In this document: positions 39,082-51,465 of the stretch, one piece after another
Position numbering within the stretch: position 1 is the stretch's first letter
How the letters are laid out: each line of letters starts with the position of its first letter
Assembly: GCA_001189215.1 (NCBI GenBank)
Contig: LFCR01000006.1
Span: forward strand, 133,354-197,353
Length of the DNA: 64,000 bases
Direction: 5' to 3'
From: Parcubacteria bacterium C7867-008
Lineage (GTDB): Bacteria; Patescibacteriota; Minisyncoccia; Phycocordibacterales; Phycocordibacteraceae
Program-made: the position numbers and the translations under genes
Notes under the pieces: generated by a model
Told to the model about the DNA's origin: nothing
The model's database searches: none
Seen by the model: only the letters and a program-made list of their open reading frames with translations

Positions 39082-39384
39082 ATGGCTACATCAAAGGTCT
39101 CTATTTCACCGTTGGCAGATCGTGTCGTGGTTCAACCGTTCCCTAAGGAGGAGGTCTCTGCTTCCGGCATCATTATCCCGGACACGGCAAAACAAGATAA
39201 GCCTGAACGAGGTACGGTTGTTGCGGTTGGTCCCGGCAAGTATGACGGTGACGAACTCTCCCCTATGACCGTTAAGGTTGGTGACGTTGTACTGTTCTCT
39301 AAGTATGGCTTTACCGATATCAAGATTGATGGAAAGGATTATCTTATTCTTTCTGAATCAGATATCCTCGCAAAAATAGCCTAA
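39082..39384 (+). CDS. groES: co-chaperonin GroES
   Basis: PLADRVVV, SGIIIPDTA, VKVGDVVLFSKYG. Confidence 0.97.
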   Translation: MATSKVSISPLADRVVVQPFPKEEVSASGIIIPDTAKQDKPERGTVVAVGPGKYDGDELSPMTVKVGDVVLFSKYGFTDIKIDGKDYLILSESDILAKIA

Positions 39385-41067
<1,683 letters not shown>

Positions 41068-41104
41068 GCGACTTCACTTCCCTGCTACGCAAGATATAAA
41101 AATG

Positions 41105-41140
41105 AGACCCCGCGGATCCAATGGATCGGCGGGGTTCTCG
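41105..41140. terminator. hairpin between convergent genes
   Basis: GAGACCCCGCGGATCC-AAT-GGATCGGCGGGGTTCTC. Confidence 0.65.
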
Positions 41141-41147
41141 TTTGGCT

Positions 41148-41381
41148 CTAGTGGTCACAGCACACAGCATCCTGAGGATCTTCCGAATCAACCTCATGGC
41201 AGATGAACCGTGATGGTCTCGCGTTCGGCATCTGTAGCGGTAATTCCCTATGTACTGCTTCTTTTTGCCGAGCTTCACGAGTCTCACGACGTACATGGAG
41301 CACGTAGAGTACCGAACAGATATCTATGGGCAGGGATACCAAGAATGCATCCCCAAGTGCTGTTAATGCGATTTCTAGCAT
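41148..41381 (-). CDS. small hypothetical single-TM protein
   Basis: SD GAGAGG, TTGCAA-16-TACTGT promoter, terminator shared with groEL. Confidence 0.5.
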   Translation of the reverse strand: MLEIALTALGDAFLVSLPIDICSVLYVLHVRRETREARQKEAVHRELPLQMPNARPSRFICHEVDSEDPQDAVCCDH

Positions 41382-41486
41382 GGGACACCTCTCAGTCTTT
41401 TTGCACAGTACGCCAAACATGTGGTTTTGCAACTATTGAGCACTTTTGGCAATGGAGTATACTTAGTACATAACCCAAGACTTACT

Positions 41487-42047
41487 ATGATGACTCTATA
41501 CATTGTGCTCGGTGTTGTTGCACTTATCGTGCTTTGGGCAATCTTTGCCTTCAATGGTTTTGTCGCACGTATTAACCGCACTAAGGAAGCATGGGCAGAT
41601 ATCGATGTGCAGCTTAAGCGTCGTTATGACCTCATTCCTAACCTTGTTGAGACGGTGAAGGGATACGCAGCACATGAATCATCTGCATTCGAGAATGTAA
41701 CCAAGGCACGTGCTGCTGCTATGGGCGCTACTGACCCAACAGCAAAGGCTCAGGCTGAGAATATGCTTTCTGGCACACTCAAGAGCCTCTTTGCAGTCTC
41801 TGAGGCATACCCAGAACTTAAGGCAAATGAGAACTTCATTCACCTTCAGAAGGAGCTTAGTGACACTGAAGATAAGATCCAGGCCGCTCGTCGCTTCTAC
41901 AACAGCAACGTACAGGATCTCAACACCGCAGTGGAATCTTTCCCAAACAATGTCATCGCATCTTCATTCAACTTCAAGAAAATGGATCTGTTCCAGCTCA
42001 CTGAGGCAGAAGGTGCCGCACGTGAACCAGTTAAAGTTGGTTTCTAA
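41487..42047 (+). CDS. lemA: LemA family protein
   Basis: AWADIDVQLKRRYDLIPNLV, YPELKA, RRFYN. Confidence 0.95.
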   Translation: MMTLYIVLGVVALIVLWAIFAFNGFVARINRTKEAWADIDVQLKRRYDLIPNLVETVKGYAAHESSAFENVTKARAAAMGATDPTAKAQAENMLSGTLKSLFAVSEAYPELKANENFIHLQKELSDTEDKIQAARRFYNSNVQDLNTAVESFPNNVIASSFNFKKMDLFQLTEAEGAAREPVKVGF

Positions 42048-42080
42048 TTGAAATTAGTGGGTTCGTAAGGCCCAATCTCT

Positions 42081-42974
42081 ATGGCAACGCTCTATCAAGA
42101 ACGATCTAATAACGTGTGGCGTACAGTATTTCTAATGTCTGTATTCCTCATAATTGTTATCGCTATCGGCTACTTCATTGGTTGGTACTTTGACTCCCCT
42201 GGAATCCTCTATATAGCGGTGGGCTTTGCTGTGGTCATGAACTTCTGGAGCTACTGGTTCTCGGACAAGACTGTACTTGCTCTCACTGGTGCACGTCCCG
42301 CCACCCGTGAAGAATTCTTTGATCTGTATACTGTCACGGAAAATCTATCTATCGCAGCAGGTATCCCTATGCCTAAGCTGTATGTTCTTGATGATCCCGC
42401 ACCAAACGCCTTCGCTACCGGACGTAACGAAAAGCATGCTGTTGTGTGTGCAACCACCGGTCTTCTCTCTATGATGACGCGACCTGAACTTGAAGGAGTT
42501 ATTGGTCATGAACTCTCACACATAAAAAATCGAGACATTCTTGTCATGACCGTTGCCGTGGTGCTCGCAGGATTCCTTGCGATAATCTCAGACATGTTTA
42601 TCCGCATGTCCTTCTGGGGTGGTCGGGATAGCGATAATGAACGAGCAAACATCATTTTTATGGTCGTTGGATTAGTGGCAGTCATTCTCGCACCTATTGC
42701 TGCACAACTAATTCAGATGGCTATTTCACGTCGCCGTGAATATCTTGCAGATACCTCAGGTGCTCTCCTTACGCGGTATCCAGAAGGCCTTGCCTCTGCC
42801 CTAGGAAAGATCGGTAGCTATAGCCAACCAATGCGTCACGCCTCGCATGCAACCGCACATCTTTTCATTGGAGATCCGTTCGGTGTGAAGGCAGGAAACT
42901 GGATTAACAATCTCTTTGCAACACACCCTCCGGTTGAAGAGCGAATCAAGCGTCTGCTCGGTCAGGAGTCATAA
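42081..42974 (+). CDS. htpX: zinc metalloprotease HtpX (M48)
   Basis: PNAFATG, HELSH, REYLAD, FATHPP. Confidence 0.93.
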   Translation: MATLYQERSNNVWRTVFLMSVFLIIVIAIGYFIGWYFDSPGILYIAVGFAVVMNFWSYWFSDKTVLALTGARPATREEFFDLYTVTENLSIAAGIPMPKLYVLDDPAPNAFATGRNEKHAVVCATTGLLSMMTRPELEGVIGHELSHIKNRDILVMTVAVVLAGFLAIISDMFIRMSFWGGRDSDNERANIIFMVVGLVAVILAPIAAQLIQMAISRRREYLADTSGALLTRYPEGLASALGKIGSYSQPMRHASHATAHLFIGDPFGVKAGNWINNLFATHPPVEERIKRLLGQES

Positions 42975-42995
42975 TCGTGTTATAAAAGGCCCACT

Positions 42996-43082
42996 GGAGG
43001 CGTCGCATAGCGGTCTAGTGCACCACCTTGGAAAGGTGGCAGGCTCGAAAGGGTCTCGAGAGTTCGAATCTCTCCGCCTCCG
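42996..43082 (+). tRNA. tRNA-Ser(GGA)
   Basis: Cloverleaf with long variable arm; CCACC-TTGGAAA-GGTGG; T-loop TTCGAAT; no encoded CCA. Confidence 0.95.
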
Positions 43083-43168
43083 CTACATATCTTGCTGGTT
43101 CTATTGTTATCCGTTGAATTACCTTTATTCATGAAGAGATAGGGGTATACTTTTGTCATACACCACAT

Positions 43169-45025
43169 ATGGCACTACGCGAAACACTGAACGCAACAAA
43201 AGCTGCAAAAGAGGCAGCAAAAGCACAGGCAGAATTATCTGTCGCTGAACAAGAGAAAGCACAACTTAAAGAACAGTTTGATGCACTTATCACCAAACGA
43301 GCTGCATTAGCAGAAATTAAGAAGGTGGCTGCAGACGCGTATAGTGCATTGAGTGAGAAGGCACCTAAGGCAAGAGGTGCGCTCAAGGAACTTCGATCGA
43401 TCCATAAAGAATCAGTGGATGAAGATACTGGGGAAGCAGCGATACCAAAGGCATCAGAACTAATTAGAAGTGAAGAATACCAGGATGAAGAGGAGGTTGT
43501 GGCGTATAAGGATGCGCGAGAAGAATTTAGACTATCTGTAAAAGGAGTACGAGAGGTACGAAAGCAACTTAAGGAACTTGGTATTGATGACGCCGATTCT
43601 CTCCTACCAGGTCAGCTTGAAAGTGTCCTTGAAGAGACCGACAGGGATATTGATGCTCAGACACGCGCATTTGTACTGGAACATCCGGACGTAGATCCAG
43701 AAATGAGTGCAAGGGTTCGAGCAGAAGTGGTGGCTGATATAGCAAATCGAACCGGCCGAGCTCTTGATAGAGAGCATTACTTTACAGATACATTTAAGCC
43801 GCAGCAAGCTTTTGGTAATTCGTACGTAAAGCACGGTAGGCTTGAGAACGCTGTTCGCGAAGGAATAGTTGCTTTGAATTCTGATAGAGAAACGAGACAA
43901 AGCACTATTAAGAGATTGAGAGAACTATATCCTGATGCAGAAGGTATCTCTGAATTCGATACAGAAGCATTAGAACTCTCTCTTGCACGCCAAATTGTTT
44001 CAGGGTATGCAGCTCCGCGTAAAGACTATTACGAAACTGGAACGTGGCTTGCTAGGAAATACAACGAGGGTAAAGAAGATGGAAAGGAAAATGCAGATTC
44101 AGATGAGACTTCAGCAGTTGAAAGTCTAATACAAGAGGCAGTTGCTACGGGGATGTTCCGTCCTGTAGCAGAAAGCTACATCCAAGACTACAAGGCACTA
44201 CGTGAGTATGAAGGGCTCCCGGAGCAAATACGAATTGCCCAGAGTACTCTTACTGAAGCTGAAGAAGCAAACCGGAATGATGAAAGAGTATTGCGTGAAA
44301 CGCAGGATCAACGACCACGATACAGTCGTGAGGCGGTGCTAAAGACTCAGGGGTTGGCTAGAGATCTCCTGACACTTCTCCCAGCACTACGTACTGAGCT
44401 TGGTGAAGGAAAGAATGAAGTTATAAGTGTCAAGAGATCAGGAGATCGTCTCGTATTTAGAGTGGCCCCTCCGTTTGCAACAGGTAGATTAGAGGAAAAT
44501 AACAGAGAAGAAGCGCGAGAAATCAAAGGAATTGAAGAGAGGATATTAAGCACAATGAGGGAGAAAATTAGCTTCGATCCTTTTGGTAAAAAAAGCAAGG
44601 ATAAACAGGATCGTATCTCGGCTCTAGATGAACAAAAGAAAAGTAGACAAGATGCGCTAGACATAAGTGAACGCGAGGTTCGTCGTACGAAAGAGGATGC
44701 TGCAGAGATACAACGTCGCTTGGAATGGAGGCTTGAGCCGTATATGTCGTCACAATTCCTTTCTGAAACTTCTTCAGGAGGAAGTGTTGCACAGCTGTTG
44801 AATGGCCTGAATGAAGCAGCGCACCGCAGGCACCAGCAAGCAGAAACAGCCCTTGAAGAACTGAAGCAAGAGGCTGAACAAAGAACAGCCACCTTCACTG
44901 AAGTCTCAGAACGCATTGCTGGCTTCTCAAATACAAAAACTGAACTTCGTGGCGCGGTCGCAGACGCAGAACGTAGAAAGGAAGAGCTGGAACGTCGTCT
45001 AAAGCAAGCTGGCTACCTTAATTAG
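43169..45025 (+). CDS. hypothetical coiled-coil protein
   Basis: 618-aa E/K/R/A-rich ORF downstream of the tRNA. Confidence 0.7.
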   Translation: MALRETLNATKAAKEAAKAQAELSVAEQEKAQLKEQFDALITKRAALAEIKKVAADAYSALSEKAPKARGALKELRSIHKESVDEDTGEAAIPKASELIRSEEYQDEEEVVAYKDAREEFRLSVKGVREVRKQLKELGIDDADSLLPGQLESVLEETDRDIDAQTRAFVLEHPDVDPEMSARVRAEVVADIANRTGRALDREHYFTDTFKPQQAFGNSYVKHGRLENAVREGIVALNSDRETRQSTIKRLRELYPDAEGISEFDTEALELSLARQIVSGYAAPRKDYYETGTWLARKYNEGKEDGKENADSDETSAVESLIQEAVATGMFRPVAESYIQDYKALREYEGLPEQIRIAQSTLTEAEEANRNDERVLRETQDQRPRYSREAVLKTQGLARDLLTLLPALRTELGEGKNEVISVKRSGDRLVFRVAPPFATGRLEENNREEAREIKGIEERILSTMREKISFDPFGKKSKDKQDRISALDEQKKSRQDALDISEREVRRTKEDAAEIQRRLEWRLEPYMSSQFLSETSSGGSVAQLLNGLNEAAHRRHQQAETALEELKQEAEQRTATFTEVSERIAGFSNTKTELRGAVADAERRKEELERRLKQAGYLN

Positions 45026-45038
45026 AGCTAGGTCTATA

Positions 45039-45374
45039 TCATCTACCTTTTGGTTTCCACTGACTAACTGCAAGATCAACCGTCGTTCCGTTTAGTTTAA
45101 AAGAAACTCCCTCCTTCTGGAGGAGTTTCTTTTTAGTAGAGAGACCCTCACCATAGGCATACCCAGCAAGCGTACCGTTCGACGCAACCACACGATGACA
45201 GGGAACGGTCTTGGTATCTTTGTTACTGCTCATGCAGGTACCAACCGCGCGTGCCGCACCCGGTCTTCCCGCAAGCGCAGCAACCTGTCCGTAGGTTGCA
45301 ACGCATCCTTTTGGAATACTTGAGACCACAGCATATACCGTGCTCTGAAAGTTAGTCTTTGGCGTGTTCTTCAT
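45039..45374 (-). CDS. O6-methylguanine-DNA methyltransferase (MGMT) family protein
   Basis: TYGQVA...ARAVG...VPCHRVV. Confidence 0.9.
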   Translation of the reverse strand: MKNTPKTNFQSTVYAVVSSIPKGCVATYGQVAALAGRPGAARAVGTCMSSNKDTKTVPCHRVVASNGTLAGYAYGEGLSTKKKLLQKEGVSFKLNGTTVDLAVSQWKPKGR

Positions 45375-45409
45375 AGTAGGCAGTATAGCAAAGCTGCTAT
45401 TATAACTGC

Positions 45410-45916
45410 ATGTATAACGGGGTAGACGTACCGCATAAAAGACAATATGTCCGATACGGTATTGCAGGTATTGTTGGTCTAATATTGATCGGCGGATGGC
45501 TCTGGTACGCCCGTCCATTCATGTCCGATAGCCGTTTATCTGTCTTCCCCACTTCGATAACAACTCCTGAAAGTCCTATCTCTTTTGAGATTGTTACTAC
45601 TCATAAGGATCAAGAGAAGGGGCTAAGCGGAAGAAAGAATATAAAGCCTGATTACGCTATGCTCTTCGTGTTTGATAAAAATGACACCTACGGTATTTGG
45701 ATGAAAGGCATGCTTGTTCCGATTGATATCCTCTGGCTATCGGACAATGGGACCATCATCACGCTTGAGCATAATGTCGAACCATCTTCGTACCCGCATG
45801 TCTTTTATCCTGATACACCGGCTCGGTATGTTGTTGAGATGCGCGCAGGACAAGCAGCGGCACGCGGGTGGTCGGTAGGAACGAAAGTGCATCTGCCCTT
45901 GCCATACGGGAAATAA
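45410..45916 (+). CDS. DUF192 family protein
   Basis: GLSGR...MLFVF...IWMKGM..PIDILWL...YVVEM. Confidence 0.9.
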   Translation: MYNGVDVPHKRQYVRYGIAGIVGLILIGGWLWYARPFMSDSRLSVFPTSITTPESPISFEIVTTHKDQEKGLSGRKNIKPDYAMLFVFDKNDTYGIWMKGMLVPIDILWLSDNGTIITLEHNVEPSSYPHVFYPDTPARYVVEMRAGQAAARGWSVGTKVHLPLPYGK

Positions 45917-46024
45917 ATCCTCGAGTGCGGTGTCCACAGTATGATTCGATGAAGCGGCGGTACAATTCATGTACGTCGACACCATCCTCGTTCTTCGGCG
46001 CCTATTATCTCTTATTCAAACCCT

Positions 46025-48400
46025 ATGGCTAAAACCACTAAGTCTGCTGTGCTCGCGTCTAAGAAAAAGGTATCGGTTCCTGCAAAAGTAGTTGCTCCGG
46101 TAGAAAGTAAGGAGACGAAACGATACCGTGAATTAATTCCAAGAATTGAGAAGCGAGATGGACGGATGACAGATTTTTCATTTGAGAAGATTGTTTCCGT
46201 AACACACAAGGCGATGGCAGCAGCCAATGAGGGAGGAGAGGATGATGCGGTGCTCGTAGCACACCAGGTAGCCGGTGAGCTCGCTCGCTTTGCAAAGAAG
46301 TACAAGAACTTCCTTCCAACGGTGGAAGGTATCCAAGATGCAGTGGAGAAGCAGCTCATGCTTAACGACTTCACAGCGTCTGCAAAGGCGTACATTCTGT
46401 ACCGTGATAAGCGGAATCAGATGCGTACCGAGCATATTGAGATTCCTGAGGATGTACGTCGTCTTGCTGATGAAAGTAAGACCTATTTTAAGAACAATGC
46501 ACTCGGAGAGTTCGTATACCTTCGCAGCTACTCCAAATGGAATCCTGCACTCGGTCGTCGTGAGACCTGGGTAGAGACGGTGGACCGATATATCGCGTTC
46601 ATGAAAAAGAATCTTGGCAAGAAACTTGCTGATAAGGAATACGCAGAGCTCCGTGAAGCAATTCTCAAGCAGGAAGTTATGCCTTCTATGCGTCTCATGC
46701 AGTTTGCTGGTGAGGCAGTAGAGCGATGTAACGTTGCTGCATACAATTGTTCATTCATCGCGCCATCGAAGATTCCAGACTTCGCAGAGATCATGTACAT
46801 CTCTATGTGTGGTACTGGTGTTGGATACTCTGTTGAAAGCGCAAACGTACAGGCACTTCCACAGATCGGTACACAGACCGGTGAAAAGCTTGCAACACAT
46901 GTCGTAGGGGACTCAAAGGAAGGGTGGTGTGATGCACTTACTCTTGGACTCAAGACTTGGTTCGCTGGTAATGATGTTGATTTTGATTTCTCTCAGGTAC
47001 GTCCTGCTGGTGCACGCCTCAAGGTTATGGGTGGTAAGGCATCAGGGCCTGAGCCACTTCGCAGCCTCCTTGCATTCTCTCGCGAACGCATCCTAAGTCG
47101 TCAGGGTCGTCGTCTCCGTAACATCGATGTACATGACATGATCTGCAAGATAGGTGAGTGTGTGGTTGCTGGTGGGGTACGTCGTAGCGCGATGATTTCC
47201 CTCTCGGATCTTGATGATGATCTCGTTCGTGACGCTAAAAAGGGTGAATTCTGGAACACCAACCCACAGCGTTCTATCGCTAACAACTCCGCAATCTATA
47301 ACGAGAAGCCAACCAACGCAGAGTTCATGGATGAGTGGGTTGCTCTTATGAAGAGCGGGTCAGGTGAGCGTGGCATCTTCAACCGTGGTGCACTTTCTAA
47401 GCAGCTTCCAGAGCGCCGTGTTTCCTTCTGGGAGAACACAGGATACATCAAGGGAGGAAAGGTGGTTGGACCTGCAGGAACTAATCCTTGCGGTGAGATC
47501 ATTCTTAAGTCTAAGCAATTCTGTAACCTCACTGAAGTAATTGCTCGTTCAGGAGATACAAAGGAGTCGCTCATTCGCAAGGCACGTCTTGCAACCATAC
47601 TTGGCACCTATCAGTCCACACTCACTAGCCTCAACTACCTCTCTAAGGAGTGGACAGAGAACTGTGAAGCAGAACGTCTTCTTGGTGTATCAGTAACCGG
47701 TCAGTGGGACTCTAAAGCATCCCGTAGTGCAGACACTCTAAAGGCAATGCGCGCAGAGACTATCAAGACCAACAAGAAGTATGCAGAGAAGATGGGTGTG
47801 AATGCATCTATGGCGATCACTTGTGTGAAGCCATCAGGTACCGTATCTCAGACCTTCGATGTGTCTTCTGGTATGCATCCTCGTCACTCACCGTACTATG
47901 TTCGTCGTATCCGTATTAGTGCAACAGACTCCCTATTCAAGTTCATGCGTGACGCGGGTGTGCCATTCTTCCCAGAAGTGGGACAGAACCCAGAGACGGC
48001 AAACACCTACGTACTCGAGTTCCCAGTGAAAGCTCCAGAAGGTGCAACATCTAAGAATGACATCACCGCACTAGATCAGCTCGAGCACTGGAAACTTGTA
48101 AAAGAGAACTACACTGAACACAATCCATCGGTAACGGTATCTGTGGGAGATGATGAGTGGATCAAGGTAGCAAACTGGGTATATGAGAACTGGGATATCG
48201 TTGGAGGTCTTTCATTCCTTCCTCGTGACAACCACGTATACCGTCTAGCTCCCTACGAGCCAATCACCAAGGCAGAGTACGAGACTCGCATCAAGAACTT
48301 CCCAACTGTAGACTACGCAAAGCTTATGCTCTACGAGCGTGCTGATGAGACCGAACTCAAGAAGGAATTGGCCTGTGTGGCAGGTATCTGCGAGATTTAA
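46025..48400 (+). CDS. nrdJ: class II (adenosylcobalamin-dependent) ribonucleotide reductase with ATP-cone
   Basis: KRDG ATP-cone, YNC, GGVRRSA, TNPCGEI, TCVKPSGTVS, C-terminal CxxxxC; no nrdB nearby. Confidence 0.85.
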   Translation: MAKTTKSAVLASKKKVSVPAKVVAPVESKETKRYRELIPRIEKRDGRMTDFSFEKIVSVTHKAMAAANEGGEDDAVLVAHQVAGELARFAKKYKNFLPTVEGIQDAVEKQLMLNDFTASAKAYILYRDKRNQMRTEHIEIPEDVRRLADESKTYFKNNALGEFVYLRSYSKWNPALGRRETWVETVDRYIAFMKKNLGKKLADKEYAELREAILKQEVMPSMRLMQFAGEAVERCNVAAYNCSFIAPSKIPDFAEIMYISMCGTGVGYSVESANVQALPQIGTQTGEKLATHVVGDSKEGWCDALTLGLKTWFAGNDVDFDFSQVRPAGARLKVMGGKASGPEPLRSLLAFSRERILSRQGRRLRNIDVHDMICKIGECVVAGGVRRSAMISLSDLDDDLVRDAKKGEFWNTNPQRSIANNSAIYNEKPTNAEFMDEWVALMKSGSGERGIFNRGALSKQLPERRVSFWENTGYIKGGKVVGPAGTNPCGEIILKSKQFCNLTEVIARSGDTKESLIRKARLATILGTYQSTLTSLNYLSKEWTENCEAERLLGVSVTGQWDSKASRSADTLKAMRAETIKTNKKYAEKMGVNASMAITCVKPSGTVSQTFDVSSGMHPRHSPYYVRRIRISATDSLFKFMRDAGVPFFPEVGQNPETANTYVLEFPVKAPEGATSKNDITALDQLEHWKLVKENYTEHNPSVTVSVGDDEWIKVANWVYENWDIVGGLSFLPRDNHVYRLAPYEPITKAEYETRIKNFPTVDYAKLMLYERADETELKKELACVAGICEI

Positions 48401-48414
48401 TTGAAGGTATTCAA

Positions 48415-48445
48415 CAAGAAAAGGCGCCTAACGCGCCTTTTCTTG
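48415..48445 (+). terminator. intrinsic terminator
   Basis: CAAGAAAAGGCGC-CTAAC-GCGCCTTTTCTTG. Confidence 0.7.
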
Positions 48446-48510
48446 TAGTGGTTCCGGTAATGGAATCCGAATCTTTTCCTTTTTATAAAAATATATGGTA
48501 TAATGTTCTC

Positions 48511-48834
48511 AGACCGATCTAGACGATCGCTCTGAGTTTCTCAGGGAGGAAAGTCCGAACACAGGCTAGCAATAGCAGCAGGGTAGCGGGTAACGCCCGT
48601 CCGTAGTGATACGCGAGGTGCGAGCAGAGACGCTCGAAGAGAAATCCTAGAGCATCTGATTTCGGTCAGATGAATCCGTACGGTGACGTATGGGGTGAAA
48701 CGGCTAAATCCTTACCTCTGTGCAAGGCCGTGCCCAGCAATGGGAGCGCCGCTCGAGCTACTTGGTAACAAGTAGCCCAGATAGATGATCGTCCGTACTT
48801 CGGTACGACAGAATTCGGCTTATCGGATCGGTCT
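48511..48834 (+). ncRNA. rnpB: RNase P RNA
   Basis: GAGGAAAGTCC and ACAGAATTCGGCTTAT conserved boxes; P1 AGACCGATC/GATCGGTCT; extended -10 TGGTATAAT at 48496-48504; terminator 48843-48873. Confidence 0.95.
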
Positions 48835-49011
48835 AACAACATGAAGAAACCTGCCCTCTGGGTGGGTTTCTTCGCTTTTCATGCGAGTGTGTTCTTATTT
48901 CCTATCCCCACCCGCCTATATTAGGTACTGCTTCGATGGAGGCAGGCCGTATACTTACATAGGTATTATTAGGTTTATCAGGGTTAATCCCGTAATTACG
49001 GTGTAAATAAC

Positions 49012-51456
49012 ATGCAAACAGATACAGCTCACGCAGCGGTATCCGTCGCGCCCCACCCTCGGCGCTTTTCGTTCGATACGCTTGCCATCTGGGCTCTCAC
49101 GCTCACGGCAGCGCTATCAGCGATAGCGTTCATTCCGGTGGCCACGGTACCGTTCCTTTATACGAAAGTGTCGATCATCGCCTTAGGCGGTTTGATCGCA
49201 CTGGTGTTCTTCGTGCTCGCACGCCTCACGCGTGGCAACATCATTGTTCCTCCGGTCGCACTGATCGGGGCGCTTTGGTTCTTGCCGCTCGCGTATGCAC
49301 TCTCAATGCTCTTCTCTGGCAATCCACTTGCTGCGGGAGCATTTGGAAATGAACTAGAGCCAGATACGTTTGGCTTCATGCTCATTCTTGCGGCATTCGC
49401 GACCTTGATCGCACTAGTGTTCCGCAGGACTAACCACTACCGTACATTCTTCTCGGTTGGTGGTGTGGTGCTCGCGATTACCCTCGTGGCACAGATCCTG
49501 TTCGTGATCATTGGTAAGGTGTCTCCAAATCTTGTTTCCTCAACCGCCAACCTCGTTGGGTCCTTCACGGATCTAGGTATGGTAGTGGGTCTTGGTCTGG
49601 TGATTGGATTGCTTGCGATCCGTTTTGTTTCCCTCTCACAGCGCATCCGCATAGCACTATGGGTCTTCGGTGCTCTCGGCCTCGTGACCCTAGCGCTCGT
49701 GAACTCAAAGCTTATTTGGATTCTTGTAACCCTCGTCGCTCTCGGTCTCTTCATTGAGGCAATCATGAAGCGTCGTGGTGTTGCTGACGAAGATGACTTT
49801 GAAGGAGTAGCAACACTTGAGGTATCTTCAGGTCGTGAAAGCGGCATGGGAGACTCTCGTGCACTAGCACCGGCACTCGTAACAATCGTTATCGCACTCT
49901 TCTTTATTATTGGAGGAAATACTATCGGTGCTGCACTTTCAAATGCGCTCGGTACTAACTTCCTTGATGTGCATCCGTCTTGGCAGTCCACCTTCGCGGT
50001 TGGAAGTCATACGTACGCATCATCACCACTCTTTGGTTCAGGTCCTGGGACCTTCGGTGAGCAGTGGCTCAGGTACCGTGACCGTGCGTTGAATGACACG
50101 ATCTTCTGGAACGTAGACTTCAATGCAGGTATCGGTATGATCCCAACCTCGTTTGTCACCACTGGTATTCTTGGTGTCCTTGCTTGGCTTGGTTTCATTG
50201 GTCTCTTCCTCTTCATCGGTATTCGCGCGCTCCTCTTCCGTACTCCGGAAGATGCATACGCACGATTCGTATCGGTGGCATCGTTCGTAGGTAGTGTGTA
50301 CCTGTTTGTTGTGATGATCTTCGCAACACCCGGTCCGCTCGTGCTACTCGTTGGATTCTTCTTAGTTGGTCTCTTCATATCCTCGCTCCGCTATAGCGGT
50401 ACGCGTCGTGAATGGGGAATCGTCTTTGCTAAGAATCCTCGTGTTGGCTTCGTTATTGTCTTCGGTCTAACCATCTTGTTGCTTGCATCTGTTGTTGCGG
50501 CATACACGGTGGTGGAACGATACCTTGCAAACGTCTCATACACCCAGGGTGTAGCAGCACTTGCCAAGGGAGACATTGCTGCCGCAAGTGAAGCAACACA
50601 GCGTGCAATCCTCTTTGCTCCAAACGATCGTACGTACCAGCTTGCAGCTGCAGTCGGTATTGCACAGATGAATCGTGTAGCAGCGGATCAGTCGCTTGCA
50701 CCAAGTGATGCACAGCAGCAATTCCAGGCAGCACTCTCAACAAGTATTCAAGCTGCATCAAAGGCAGTAGAACTTAACGGTAAGAACTACCAGAACTGGG
50801 CAGTACTCGGCGGTGTATATCAGACCGTTGTGCCGCTTAATCTTGAAGGAGCGTATGAGAAGTCTAAGGATGCGTACACACACGCTATAGAACTCAATCC
50901 TTCAAGTCCAACACTACCGTTTGCTCTTGCGCAGCTTGAGATTGCTAAGAAAAATTACCCTGCAGCAGAAGTGGCGCTTATGAACGCTATCAACCTTAAG
51001 CGCGATTACACGGAAGCTATCTACCTCTTCTCACAGCTTGAGGTACAGCAGGGTAAGACCCGTGAAGCACTTGAGGCAGCCGAAGCAGCAGCATACTTCG
51101 CACCAAACGATTCAAATGTTCTCTTCCAGCTCGGTATCCTCCGTTCCGGAAGTGGTGACGCAGATGGTGCTATCCAAGCACTCTCTCGTGCGGTTGAGAT
51201 GAACAAGGAGTTTGCTAATGCCCGCTTCTTCCTTGCGGTTGCCTATGCAACCAAAGGACAGCTTGCACCAGCACTTGAACAGCTCGAGGCTATTGCGGCA
51301 CTCTCCCCAGACAACGCAAAGATTGTTGAGGCAGACATTGCACAGCTCCGTGCTGGTAAGAATCCGTTCCCTGCATCTCGTCTTGGTGCGCTCGGTATAG
51401 CCAAGCCACCACTTCCTGAGGCAGCACCTGCAACTAGTGCAGCTCCAGCGAAGTAA
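49012..51456 (+). CDS. polytopic membrane protein (O-antigen-ligase-like) with C-terminal TPR repeats
   Basis: Many TMs, PLFGSGPGTF motif, TPR helices. Confidence 0.8.
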   Translation: MQTDTAHAAVSVAPHPRRFSFDTLAIWALTLTAALSAIAFIPVATVPFLYTKVSIIALGGLIALVFFVLARLTRGNIIVPPVALIGALWFLPLAYALSMLFSGNPLAAGAFGNELEPDTFGFMLILAAFATLIALVFRRTNHYRTFFSVGGVVLAITLVAQILFVIIGKVSPNLVSSTANLVGSFTDLGMVVGLGLVIGLLAIRFVSLSQRIRIALWVFGALGLVTLALVNSKLIWILVTLVALGLFIEAIMKRRGVADEDDFEGVATLEVSSGRESGMGDSRALAPALVTIVIALFFIIGGNTIGAALSNALGTNFLDVHPSWQSTFAVGSHTYASSPLFGSGPGTFGEQWLRYRDRALNDTIFWNVDFNAGIGMIPTSFVTTGILGVLAWLGFIGLFLFIGIRALLFRTPEDAYARFVSVASFVGSVYLFVVMIFATPGPLVLLVGFFLVGLFISSLRYSGTRREWGIVFAKNPRVGFVIVFGLTILLLASVVAAYTVVERYLANVSYTQGVAALAKGDIAAASEATQRAILFAPNDRTYQLAAAVGIAQMNRVAADQSLAPSDAQQQFQAALSTSIQAASKAVELNGKNYQNWAVLGGVYQTVVPLNLEGAYEKSKDAYTHAIELNPSSPTLPFALAQLEIAKKNYPAAEVALMNAINLKRDYTEAIYLFSQLEVQQGKTREALEAAEAAAYFAPNDSNVLFQLGILRSGSGDADGAIQALSRAVEMNKEFANARFFLAVAYATKGQLAPALEQLEAIAALSPDNAKIVEADIAQLRAGKNPFPASRLGALGIAKPPLPEAAPATSAAPAK

Positions 51457-51465
51457 TAAGAGGAA

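Noticed and set aside
43083-45025. Orphan genes right after tRNA-Ser and tRNA-Arg as possible genomic islands
   Set aside because: No integrase and no duplicated tRNA 3' end (attR) seen.
45917-46024. Possible cobalamin riboswitch or NrdR box upstream of nrdJ (GGTGTC/GACACC pairing)
   Set aside because: Too short, and lacks the B12-box and NrdR consensus.
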